In this document: positions 49,944 to 57,724 of the stretch, in pieces
Position numbering within the stretch: position 1 is the first letter of the stretch
Layout of the letters: the number at the start of each line of letters is the position of its first letter
NCBI GenBank assembly: GCA_965202665.1
Contig: OZ241841.1
Coordinates: 1,856,001 to 1,920,000, forward strand
DNA: 64,000 bases
Direction: 5' to 3'
Origin: Candidatus Spongiisociaceae bacterium
GTDB taxonomy: Bacteria; Actinomycetota; Acidimicrobiia; Spongiisociales; Spongiisociaceae
Notes under the pieces: model-generated
The model's input: only the letters and a program-made list of their open reading frames with translations
Databases searched by the model: none
Told to the model about the DNA's origin: nothing
Program-made: the position numbers and the translations under genes

Positions 49944-50963
49944 TCAGAGAGCCTCCATGTACTTAAGCACCGCGTCGGCCACCGCGTCCGCCGAACCCGG
50001 ATTTTGGGCGGTGATCAGGTTGCGGTCCACCACCACGTGCGAAGCCCAGGCGGCCCGCCCGTCGTCGAACACCGCCCCGTTGTTGCGCAGGGTGCTCTCC
50101 AAGTACCAGGGCATTCCCTGTTTGCCGGGGCGGGTCTGATCCTCCTCTTCGTCGGTGAAGGAGGTCATCCGGTACCCGTCGAACAGCCACTGGCCTTCGG
50201 TGTTGGCGGGGGCGGACAGCAGAACCGCCGGGCCGTGGCACATTGAGGAAATGGCGGCCTGCTTCTCGTGCAGGATGCCCAGCAACCGGGTCACGTCCGA
50301 GTTGTCGGACAGATCCACCATCGGGCCGTGCCCGCCGGGGACGAACACCGCGTCGAAGGTGGCCATGGTTTCATCGCTCATCTCAGCCAGGTTCGCCGGG
50401 TTGACGAAGTCGGGCAGGGTGTCCAGCAGGTGCTTGATGCGGGAGGCTTCGCTGCGGGCGTCTTCGTTCACCGTCGCCAAATCCGCTTCCATATCGGCCC
50501 GCGTCACCGAGGCGGGAAGGTCCTGGTCCTGCAGGGAGTCCAAGAACTCCCGGTCGTTCCGCCACGTGTCGAGGGCGGCGACGTTGATCAGCTCCCGGGC
50601 TTCCACCGGGGTCATGCCCGCTTCTTTGAGCCGGTTGAAAACCCGCCGGGAGGCGATCATTCCCAGCTCGGTGAGGTGGCGGAGGGTGAGGCGGATGTCG
50701 TCCACATCGTGGGCGAAGGTGCGGGTGATGGTGCCCAGAAAGTCTTCGTCTTCGTCCGGGTAGTGGAAGATTTCCTCCAAGCCGTAGGGGTCGGGGTAGG
50801 GGGAGCGTCCGTCCGGGGTGGCCACCACCACGTCCAACCCGGCTTCCGTGAACCGCTCGTAGGGGGTAATGGCCTCGTCGGCGAAGAAGCCGGTTTCGTA
50901 CATCGTCCCGTTGGACATCTCGATCTCCCGGGCGCTCGACACCAGGAACAACAGTTTCGGCAT
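49944..50963 (-). CDS. DJ-1/PfpI (Hsp31-like) protein with a large insertion
   Basis: TGFFADE..P, ATPDG, FVPGGHGPM.DL, MCHGP nucleophile, LITAQNP. Confidence 0.9.
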   Translation of the reverse strand: MPKLLFLVSSAREIEMSNGTMYETGFFADEAITPYERFTEAGLDVVVATPDGRSPYPDPYGLEEIFHYPDEDEDFLGTITRTFAHDVDDIRLTLRHLTELGMIASRRVFNRLKEAGMTPVEARELINVAALDTWRNDREFLDSLQDQDLPASVTRADMEADLATVNEDARSEASRIKHLLDTLPDFVNPANLAEMSDETMATFDAVFVPGGHGPMVDLSDNSDVTRLLGILHEKQAAISSMCHGPAVLLSAPANTEGQWLFDGYRMTSFTDEEEDQTRPGKQGMPWYLESTLRNNGAVFDDGRAAWASHVVVDRNLITAQNPGSADAVADAVLKYMEAL

Positions 50964-51066
50964 ATCAAATCCCTTTCCTTAGCGTGCTTTCAAATGTAGC
51001 CGTTCGGCGGGACAAACGATAGCGCCTCGGCCCCGCCGCATGCGCCCGCCTGACAATATTTTCTTA

Positions 51067-51078
51067 TTGTACAGACAA
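51067..51078. promoter_or_regulatory. Putative HutC/GntR-type operator upstream of the SDIMO operon
   Basis: TTGTACAGACAA palindrome (TTGT-N4-ACAA) in an AT-rich patch about 100 bp upstream of the first gene. Confidence 0.55.
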
Positions 51079-51120
51079 ATCCGGCAAATGCGCGGCCAAA
51101 TCCGAATTTTTTTGGAGGTC

Positions 51121-52017
51121 TCAGCCGCGGATTTGGGCCAGGCGGCGGGCGGCTTGGGTGAAGTAAGCCCCGTACTCCAACGGGGCCAGCCAGCGGCCGG
51201 GGATGCCGTCCACCCCGGCGATTATTCCGAGCAACCCCCCGGCGATGGCCCCGGTGGTGTCGGCGTCGTCGCCCCGGTTGACCAGTTTGACCAGCGTTTC
51301 CTCAAAATCGGGCGGTTGTTGGATGGCCCACACCGCGCACCCCAGGCTGTGGACGACGTAGCCGCCGGTGCGCAGGCCGGTCACCGGCAGGTCGGCGGGC
51401 AGGTCCAGGGTTTCCCGCACCGCCGGGTGCAGGCCCAGGGCGCGGGCGGCGGCGACCGCTTGGGCGGGGGAGGCCCCGTCCAACAGGGCGGCCGCTATTT
51501 CGTTGTAGGCGATGCAACTGTCCACGCATTTGGGATGGGCGTGGGTGACGGCGGAGATCTCGGCCGTTTCCCGTCGGCGCCGTTCCGGGTCGGGGCGGGT
51601 CAAAGCGGTGGGCAGGGCCCGCATCAGCGACCCGTTGCCGCAGGAGTTTTCGGAACGGAGGCCGCTGGCGGTCGGATCTCCATGTTCGGCCAAGTTTTCC
51701 AGGGCGCGGCGGGTGGCGCCCCCGATGTCAGGGGGGCCGGTGTAATACCAAGCCAGGAATTCGTCCGCCACTTTGCTCAGGCGGTATTCGCCGTCCAGAT
51801 AGGCGGCGGTCACCGCTTTGGTGAGAGCGGTGTCGTCGGTGCCCTGCCCCGGTTCCCAGCCGAAGGCCCCTCCGCCCGTCATTTCCCGATGGGTTCCGTG
51901 CCGGAGCTTTATTTCTTCGGCGCTCATGAATTCGACGGTGGATCCCAAGGCATCGCCCGCCGCTGCGCCGAGCAGTCCGCCGGCGATGGCCCGTTCCAGG
52001 GAAGGCCGGTCGCTCAT
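51121..52017 (-). CDS. ADP-ribosylglycohydrolase family protein
   Basis: GDALG..EF, TDDT, DIG, GNGSLMR, TH, GDDADT..AIAG. Confidence 0.93.
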   Translation of the reverse strand: MSDRPSLERAIAGGLLGAAAGDALGSTVEFMSAEEIKLRHGTHREMTGGGAFGWEPGQGTDDTALTKAVTAAYLDGEYRLSKVADEFLAWYYTGPPDIGGATRRALENLAEHGDPTASGLRSENSCGNGSLMRALPTALTRPDPERRRRETAEISAVTHAHPKCVDSCIAYNEIAAALLDGASPAQAVAAARALGLHPAVRETLDLPADLPVTGLRTGGYVVHSLGCAVWAIQQPPDFEETLVKLVNRGDDADTTGAIAGGLLGIIAGVDGIPGRWLAPLEYGAYFTQAARRLAQIRG

Positions 52018-53096
52018 TCCCCCGGGCCTCCGGGGGGCGGAGATTGGGTTTCCCGGTCCCGGAGCTGGGCTTGGCGGGACTGCTCCAGGATGAGGTGGAA
52101 GATTTCTTCCACTCCGTCCGCGTCCAGCCCGGCCCGTTCCGCCTCTTCCCGGATGATTTCCAGCAGTTCCGTTTCCCGTTCCGGGATCTGCACCGGCATG
52201 TTCCGCTCCGCTTTGATGCGCCCGATGCGCATGGCCTGCTCGTGCCGGTTGGCCAGCAACCGCACCAGGTCGCGGTCGATCAGGTCGATGTTGTTGCGGA
52301 TGCGGTGCACACCCAGGGCGGTCATCAGCCGGGCGAAAGCGGGGGGGTCGATCTGATGGGAGACCCTGGTGCGGGCGGCGGGCGGGTCGGGATGCACTTC
52401 GATCATCACCCCGTCCGCCCCCACGCCCTGGGCGGCCAGGGCCAGCGGCTGGATTTGCCCGGCGGCCCCGCTGGCCGCCGACGGGGCGGCGATCACCGGC
52501 AGATGGCTGGCTTCCCGCAACACCGGAATGGAACTCAGGTCCAGAGTGGTGCGGGTGGAATGCTCGAAGGTGCGGATGCCGGCTTCGCACAGCACCACCT
52601 GATCGTTGTCTTCGGCCAGGATGTATTCGGCCGCCCACAGCCATTCGTCCACCGTGGCCGACCCGCCCCGGGCCAGCAAAACCGGCTTCCCGGTTCGTCC
52701 GATGACCCGCAACAGTTCAAAGTTCTGCATGGCGTCGGGGTCCACGTAGATCATGTCGGCGTATTCGGCCACCATTCCCACATCTTGCGGCTCCAGCACT
52801 TTGGTGAGGGTGGGCAACCCGGTTTCCTCCCCGGCCCGGCGCAGGATTTCCAAGCCCGGTTTGCCCAGCCCGGGAAAGTCGTAGGGGGAGCTGGCCGCCT
52901 CGTAGGCCCCGCCCCGCAACACGGAGGCCCCGGCTTCCGCCACCGCCAAGGCGGCGGTCATCATCTGCTCTTCGGTCTCCACCGCCCGGGGGCCGGCTAT
53001 CACCGGGAACGGGTCGCGGCCGAACCGCACTGGCCCCACCGCCACCACCGTATTCTCGGCGGAGCCGTTTCTGAGTGCTCTGCGTTCCATTTCCAC
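52014..53096 (-). CDS. DAHP synthase (I-beta)-like barrel fused to C-terminal chorismate mutase; DAHPS active site degenerate
   Basis: IAGP, SPY.F.GLG, MQNFELL, TLDL, MIEVHP scaffold; CM domain IR..ID.ID..LV.LL..R....IG.IK...ERE. Confidence 0.88.
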   Translation of the reverse strand: MEMERRALRNGSAENTVVAVGPVRFGRDPFPVIAGPRAVETEEQMMTAALAVAEAGASVLRGGAYEAASSPYDFPGLGKPGLEILRRAGEETGLPTLTKVLEPQDVGMVAEYADMIYVDPDAMQNFELLRVIGRTGKPVLLARGGSATVDEWLWAAEYILAEDNDQVVLCEAGIRTFEHSTRTTLDLSSIPVLREASHLPVIAAPSAASGAAGQIQPLALAAQGVGADGVMIEVHPDPPAARTRVSHQIDPPAFARLMTALGVHRIRNNIDLIDRDLVRLLANRHEQAMRIGRIKAERNMPVQIPERETELLEIIREEAERAGLDADGVEEIFHLILEQSRQAQLRDRETQSPPPGGPGE

Positions 53097-53141
53097 TCCT
53101 TAATTTAAATGCCCTGCTGGAGGGCGGCGCCGCCTCCGGTC

Positions 53142-53171
53142 AAAAAAGAACCCGGAGCGGACGCTCCGGGT
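53142..53171 (-). terminator. Attenuator terminator
   Basis: ACCCGGAGCG-uc-CGCUCCGGGU followed by UCUUUUUU. Confidence 0.85.
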
Positions 53172-53195
53172 CTGGCTTTTGCGATGGGTTGGTTG

Positions 53196-53264
53196 TTACG
53201 CGCCGCGCCAAACCCGGGCCCCCGGCCCGGTAAAGCAATAGGCGTAATAAAACGAACCCGTCAC
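53196..53264 (-). CDS. Aromatic-amino-acid attenuator leader peptide (22 aa)
   Basis: GTG-started MTGSFYYAYCFTGPGARVWRGA*; antiterminator CCGGGUUUGGC/GCCAGACCCGG overlaps the terminator 5' arm. Confidence 0.75.
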   Translation of the reverse strand: MTGSFYYAYCFTGPGARVWRGA

Positions 53265-53353
53265 AACGTAAATAATAACCCGCCCGCTCCGCCCGCGCAA
53301 TTCCAGAACGCCGGGCGGCGCGGCCAGCGGCGAAAAATACGGAAAAATCCGTC

Positions 53354-53487
53354 CAGCGAAACTGTCACTAGACCGATAGCGAAATTCACACTAGACTGGT
53401 AGCGAAACAATTACTAGACCGATAGCGAAATTCACACTAGACTGGTAGCGAAAATATCACTAGGCTGATAGCAAAACTAACAGTAGG
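53354..53487 (+). repeat. 23-bp tandem repeat array, about 6 units
   Basis: TAGCGAAA-N5-ACTAGACYGR units starting at 53354, 53377, 53400, 53423, 53446, 53469. Confidence 0.9.
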
Positions 53488-53495
53488 AGGCCCGG

Positions 53496-54758
53496 ATGGG
53501 GGCAAATTCCCTGATAGAACGTAATATTATTCCCAATTTGCAGCAGGCGTTGCAAACCTTTCGGGTGGCGGTCCTGAACGGTCCCCGACAGTCCGGGAAA
53601 ACTACGGTCGTTCGACAAGTGGCCGGCGAAGGAACTTTTCTTACGTTGGATGACCCGCAAGGTTTGCAGGCCTTGTCCGAATATCCGCTGGAGATTCTGA
53701 GCTCGGCGTCCCGCCCGGTGGTGGTTGACGAAATTCAGCGGGGCGGGGAGCAGTTGGTGCGGGTGATCAAACTGATTGTGGACGAGGTTTGGGATCCCGG
53801 TCAGTTCCTGTTAACCGGCTCGGCCAATTTCCTGACGGCGCCCACTATCAGCGAATCTTTGGCCGGCCGGGCCGTTCTGCTCACTTTGCATCCTTTATCG
53901 CAAGGCGAGTTGGAGGGCCGCCGAGCAGTTTTTCTGAACGGTTTGACGGCCGATCCCGACTCGCCTCCTCCCGGCGAAGATTCCCAACTTCAGATTGGGG
54001 ACTATGTGGAGCGGATGTGCGCGGGCGGCTACCCGGAGGTGGTGAATCTGTCGCCGCCGCAACGGAAAGCCTGGTTCACCTCCCACGTTTCCACCGTAAC
54101 CCTGCGGGACGTGGTCGATTTAACCGGGGCCCGCCGGGCGTCGAACCTGCCCCGCCTGCTCCGGCTGATTGCGGCGGGCACCGCCCAGGAACTGGTGGCG
54201 TCCAAAATTCACAACCGGCTCGATTTCGGCAACGTTCAGACCACGCTTGATTATCTGGCGCATCTGGAGATGACGTATTTGGTTCATCAGTTGGGGCCCT
54301 GGTCGCGCAATCTCACTTCCCGGGCCAAACGACGCTCCAAAATCTATGTGACCGACACGGGCCTGGCCGCCGGCCTGTTGAACCTGACCGTCGATTCGCT
54401 GTCCGAGCCGACGCATCCGGCGCGCGGGCAGATGGTGGAGACTTTCGTGGTCAACGAAATTAGGAAGCAGGCCTCCTGGCTGGATTGGTCGCTGGGCCCG
54501 ATAGAGTTATTCCACTATCGGGACCGCAACGGCCTGGAAGCCGACCTGATAATGGAGTTGCCGGACGGCCGGGTGGCGGCGGTAGAGGTCAAAGCGTCGC
54601 TGACGGTAGGTTCCGATGATTGGGCCAATCTCAAAAAGCTAAGGGATCTGATGGGAGACCAGTTCGCCCAAGGCATAGTCTTCTACGCCGGTTCCCAAGC
54701 CCTGCCGGTAGGCGATCGCCTACACATCCGACCCATAGAGGCCCTCTGGCAGTCCTAG
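53496..54758 (+). CDS. AAA_14 ATPase with DUF4143 / PD-(D/E)xK C-terminus
   Basis: GPRQSGKT, VVVDEIQ, LTGS, GGYP, KIYVTDTGL, YRD..G.EADL...AVEVK. Confidence 0.92.
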   Translation: MGANSLIERNIIPNLQQALQTFRVAVLNGPRQSGKTTVVRQVAGEGTFLTLDDPQGLQALSEYPLEILSSASRPVVVDEIQRGGEQLVRVIKLIVDEVWDPGQFLLTGSANFLTAPTISESLAGRAVLLTLHPLSQGELEGRRAVFLNGLTADPDSPPPGEDSQLQIGDYVERMCAGGYPEVVNLSPPQRKAWFTSHVSTVTLRDVVDLTGARRASNLPRLLRLIAAGTAQELVASKIHNRLDFGNVQTTLDYLAHLEMTYLVHQLGPWSRNLTSRAKRRSKIYVTDTGLAAGLLNLTVDSLSEPTHPARGQMVETFVVNEIRKQASWLDWSLGPIELFHYRDRNGLEADLIMELPDGRVAAVEVKASLTVGSDDWANLKKLRDLMGDQFAQGIVFYAGSQALPVGDRLHIRPIEALWQS

Positions 54759-54804
54759 CCGGGTCCGCTCCAAAAAATGTCACAGGCCCTTGTTACCTTG
54801 AGGG
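54723..54804 (+). repeat. ~82-bp direct repeat, left copy
   Basis: CACATCCGACCCATAGAGGCCCTCTGGCAGTCCTAG...AAAAATGTCACAGGCCCTTGTTACCTT; includes the 3' end of the ATPase gene. Confidence 0.9.
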
Positions 54805-54885
54805 ATGGGTTGCCGCTTGAAAGAAGCGGCGGCGCTGGAAACGAAAAATTGGGGTTCTGAGATAAGCGTATGATGGCCAGATGAC

Positions 54886-57273
54886 ATGCAAGGAGGTTCG
54901 GTGAACCGGTTTAGAGGCGGGACGAGGCGGAGAAAGTTGGCGGGCGGCTTGGCGGCGATGGCGGCCCTGGCAACGGCGGGAACGGTTTTGGCCGTCACCG
55001 GTTTCCGGGATTTGGGCACTGCCCACCCCAACTACGACGATATCCAGTTCGCGGTCGACAAGGGATGGTTCCAAGGATACGACGATGGAACGTTCCGCCC
55101 GGACCGGGTAGTTTCCGACGCCCATTTAGCAAGGGTTATGAGGCGGGCCTTTCCGCAGGGGGCGACGAGAGCCGAGTTGGCGACCTTCTTACGAGGCGGC
55201 TACGAACGCTTGAACCGCGCCGCGCGGTTACCCGGTGAAGGGGTGAGTTTGACGATGGCTCAGGCTAACTGGTCCACCGGTTATTTCCAGGCGGCTTTGT
55301 ACCGAGCCCTATTGCAGGAGTTGGGATACGAGGTGAGCGATCCGGCTGATTTGGAGTTGGGTCCCAGCTTGGCGTATCTGGCCATGGCCGAAGGGGACGC
55401 TGACTTTTGGGTGAACAGCTGGTATCCGGGTCATAACAGATGGTTGGAAAACGAGTTGCCGGACGGTTCCAAAGTGGGCGATCATCTTACGGTGGTAGGC
55501 GAGCAGATGCCCGCTGGCGGTTTGCAAGGTTTTCTGATTACCAAGAGCTTCGCCGAGAGGTACGACATAGCTACGCTTGATGATTTGAACGACAATCCGG
55601 CCGCAATTCGCCGCTACGACGCCCAGGATGCGAATCCGGGTAACGGGGTGGCGGAGATTTACGGTTGTCCGGAGTCGTGGACCTGTGATGACATTATCCA
55701 GAGCCAGATCGCATTTTCGGGGTGGGAGAACATCGATCAGGTGTTGGCCGGGTACGACGCTATGTTCGCCGAAGCGGTGGCCAAGGCCAATAAGGGTGCT
55801 CCGATGGTGGCCTACACCTGGACGCCCAGCTCTTATATCACCCAGTTGCGGCCGGGGGACAACGTGGTATGGGTGGGGGTGGAGGATGTGCTTGATGATT
55901 CCAATCCGTTGGGTCGGGAAGGAGGCGAGGGATGGGATCAGCGGCCGGGTACGGCGGCTTTGAGCCCTGATTCCTGTCCGGACGCGGCGGAGCGGGGCAT
56001 CTGTCAGTTGGGGTGGGCGGCGGCGGATATTTTGGTGACCGCCCGCAATGACTTGATTCGGAACCATCCGGCGGCGGCTAGTCTGCTGGCCAATGTGGCG
56101 TTGAACGTGGTGGATGTGTCGTTGCAGGTGGTGGCCCAGGAGGGCGGGGAGAGTCCGGTGGATCTGGCCGAGCAGTGGATCGCCAACAACCAGGACAAGG
56201 TGAATGCGTGGCTGGAGAAGGCCACCGCCGCTCATAACCGCACCGGGGAGCCGGGCGAGGGGGTGAGTTTGACGATGGCTCAGGCTAACTGGTCCACCGG
56301 TTATTTCCAGGCGGCTTTGTACCGGGACCTGTTGCAACGGTTGGGGTATGAGGTGAGCGATCCGGCTGATTTGGAGTTGGGTCCCAGCTTGGCGTATCTG
56401 GCTATGGCTGAGGGGGACGCCGACTTTTGGGTGAACAGCTGGTATCCGATTCACAACAGTTGGTTGGAAAACGAGTTGCTGGACGGTTCCAAAGTGGGCG
56501 ATCATCTTACGGTGGTGGGCGAGCAGATGCCCGCTGGCGGTTTGCAAGGTTTTCTGATCACCAAGAGCTTTGCCGAGAGGTACGACATAGCTACGCTTGA
56601 TGATTTGAACGACAATCCGGCCGCAATTCGCCGCTACGACGCCCAGGATGCGAATCCGGGTAACGGGGTGGCGGAGATTTACGGTTGTCCGGAGTCGTGG
56701 ACCTGCGATGACATCATTGAAAGCCAGATCGTGTTTTCGGGCTGGGATAACATCGATCAGGTGACGGCCGGGTACGACGCCATGTTCGCCGAAGCGGTGA
56801 CCAGGGCTAATCTGGGCGTTCCGATGGTGGCCTACACCTGGACGCCCAGCTCTTATATCACCCAGTTGCGGCCGGGGGACAACGTGGTATGGGTGGGGGT
56901 GGAGGATGTGCTCGATGATTCCAACCCGTTGGATCGGGAAGGGGGCGAGGAATGGGATCAGCGGCCGGGTACAGCGGCTTTAAGGCCTGGTTCCTGCCCG
57001 GACGCGGCGGAGCGGGGTGTTTGCCAGTTGGGGTGGCTGGCGGCTGATATTTTGGTGACCGCCCGCAATGACCTGTTGGAGAACCATCCGGCGGCGGCCA
57101 AGCTGTTGGAGCTGGTCGAGCTGAACGTGGTGGACGTGTCGTTGCAGGTGGTGGCTCAGAACGGCGGAGAAACTCCGCAGGATCTGGCTACGCAGTGGAT
57201 CGCCAACAACCAGAGCAAGGTTGACTCCTGGTTGGCCGTGGCCCGCGTTGCGGCCTCCACATCCGACCCATAG
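54886..57273 (+). CDS. SLH-domain protein with two tandem glycine-betaine/OpuAC-type substrate-binding domains
   Basis: Signal peptide; FRD..HP.Y.DI....GWFQGY.DGTFRPD (SLH); duplicated ANWSTG..MAEGDADFW..WYP..YGCP.SW.C..YTWTP. Confidence 0.88.
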   Translation: MQGGSVNRFRGGTRRRKLAGGLAAMAALATAGTVLAVTGFRDLGTAHPNYDDIQFAVDKGWFQGYDDGTFRPDRVVSDAHLARVMRRAFPQGATRAELATFLRGGYERLNRAARLPGEGVSLTMAQANWSTGYFQAALYRALLQELGYEVSDPADLELGPSLAYLAMAEGDADFWVNSWYPGHNRWLENELPDGSKVGDHLTVVGEQMPAGGLQGFLITKSFAERYDIATLDDLNDNPAAIRRYDAQDANPGNGVAEIYGCPESWTCDDIIQSQIAFSGWENIDQVLAGYDAMFAEAVAKANKGAPMVAYTWTPSSYITQLRPGDNVVWVGVEDVLDDSNPLGREGGEGWDQRPGTAALSPDSCPDAAERGICQLGWAAADILVTARNDLIRNHPAAASLLANVALNVVDVSLQVVAQEGGESPVDLAEQWIANNQDKVNAWLEKATAAHNRTGEPGEGVSLTMAQANWSTGYFQAALYRDLLQRLGYEVSDPADLELGPSLAYLAMAEGDADFWVNSWYPIHNSWLENELLDGSKVGDHLTVVGEQMPAGGLQGFLITKSFAERYDIATLDDLNDNPAAIRRYDAQDANPGNGVAEIYGCPESWTCDDIIESQIVFSGWDNIDQVTAGYDAMFAEAVTRANLGVPMVAYTWTPSSYITQLRPGDNVVWVGVEDVLDDSNPLDREGGEEWDQRPGTAALRPGSCPDAAERGVCQLGWLAADILVTARNDLLENHPAAAKLLELVELNVVDVSLQVVAQNGGETPQDLATQWIANNQSKVDSWLAVARVAASTSDP
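55240..57235 (+). repeat. Intragenic tandem duplication, period 1020 bp
   Basis: GGGTGAGTTTGACGATGGCTCAGGCTAACTGG at 55241 and 56261, with long identical stretches. Confidence 0.9.
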
Positions 57274-57340
57274 AGGCCCTCTGGCAGTCCTAGGCGGGGC
57301 CGCTCTGGAAAAATGTCACAGGCCCTTGTTACCTTAAGGG
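57258..57340 (+). repeat. ~82-bp direct repeat, right copy
   Basis: Matches 54723-54804 with few substitutions; supplies the stop codon of the SLH gene. Confidence 0.9.
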
Positions 57341-57403
57341 TGGTTGGCGCAGGTTCTTGCCTGGCGCCTCTACACTGACCGGCGACGACGGAAAGGCGAT
57401 AGC

Positions 57404-57715
57404 ATGGATGTACATACTCTTCCGATGGCGGTGATGCCCTTTTACAAGGAGCTGGCCGAGGAGCAACAGATGTGGTTCCTGAGCGAGTACCGCCGGCGGA
57501 GCCGGTCGGTGGGGGCGATGATGGCGCTGGCCATTCTGTTCCCGATCCAGCTCTTCTTTTTAGGCAAGGTCGGGTTAGGCGTCGCCTTCTTGCTGACCGG
57601 GGGCGGGTTTGGCATCTGGTACCTGGTGGAATGGTTTCTCACCCCGGGGCGGGTGCGGGAATACAACGAGGTGATAGCCCTCGGCCTCGTCCACTATTTG
57701 AAAGCGACCAGTTGA
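57404..57715 (+). CDS. TM2/NINE domain membrane protein
   Basis: FFLGK.GLG..FLLTGGGFGIW.LVEWF. Confidence 0.8.
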   Translation: MDVHTLPMAVMPFYKELAEEQQMWFLSEYRRRSRSVGAMMALAILFPIQLFFLGKVGLGVAFLLTGGGFGIWYLVEWFLTPGRVREYNEVIALGLVHYLKATS

Positions 57716-57724
57716 ACATCCCCC

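Noticed and set aside
53354-53487. Repeat array as CRISPR
   Set aside because: Variable parts are only 5 nt, one is repeated, and there are no cas genes in the window
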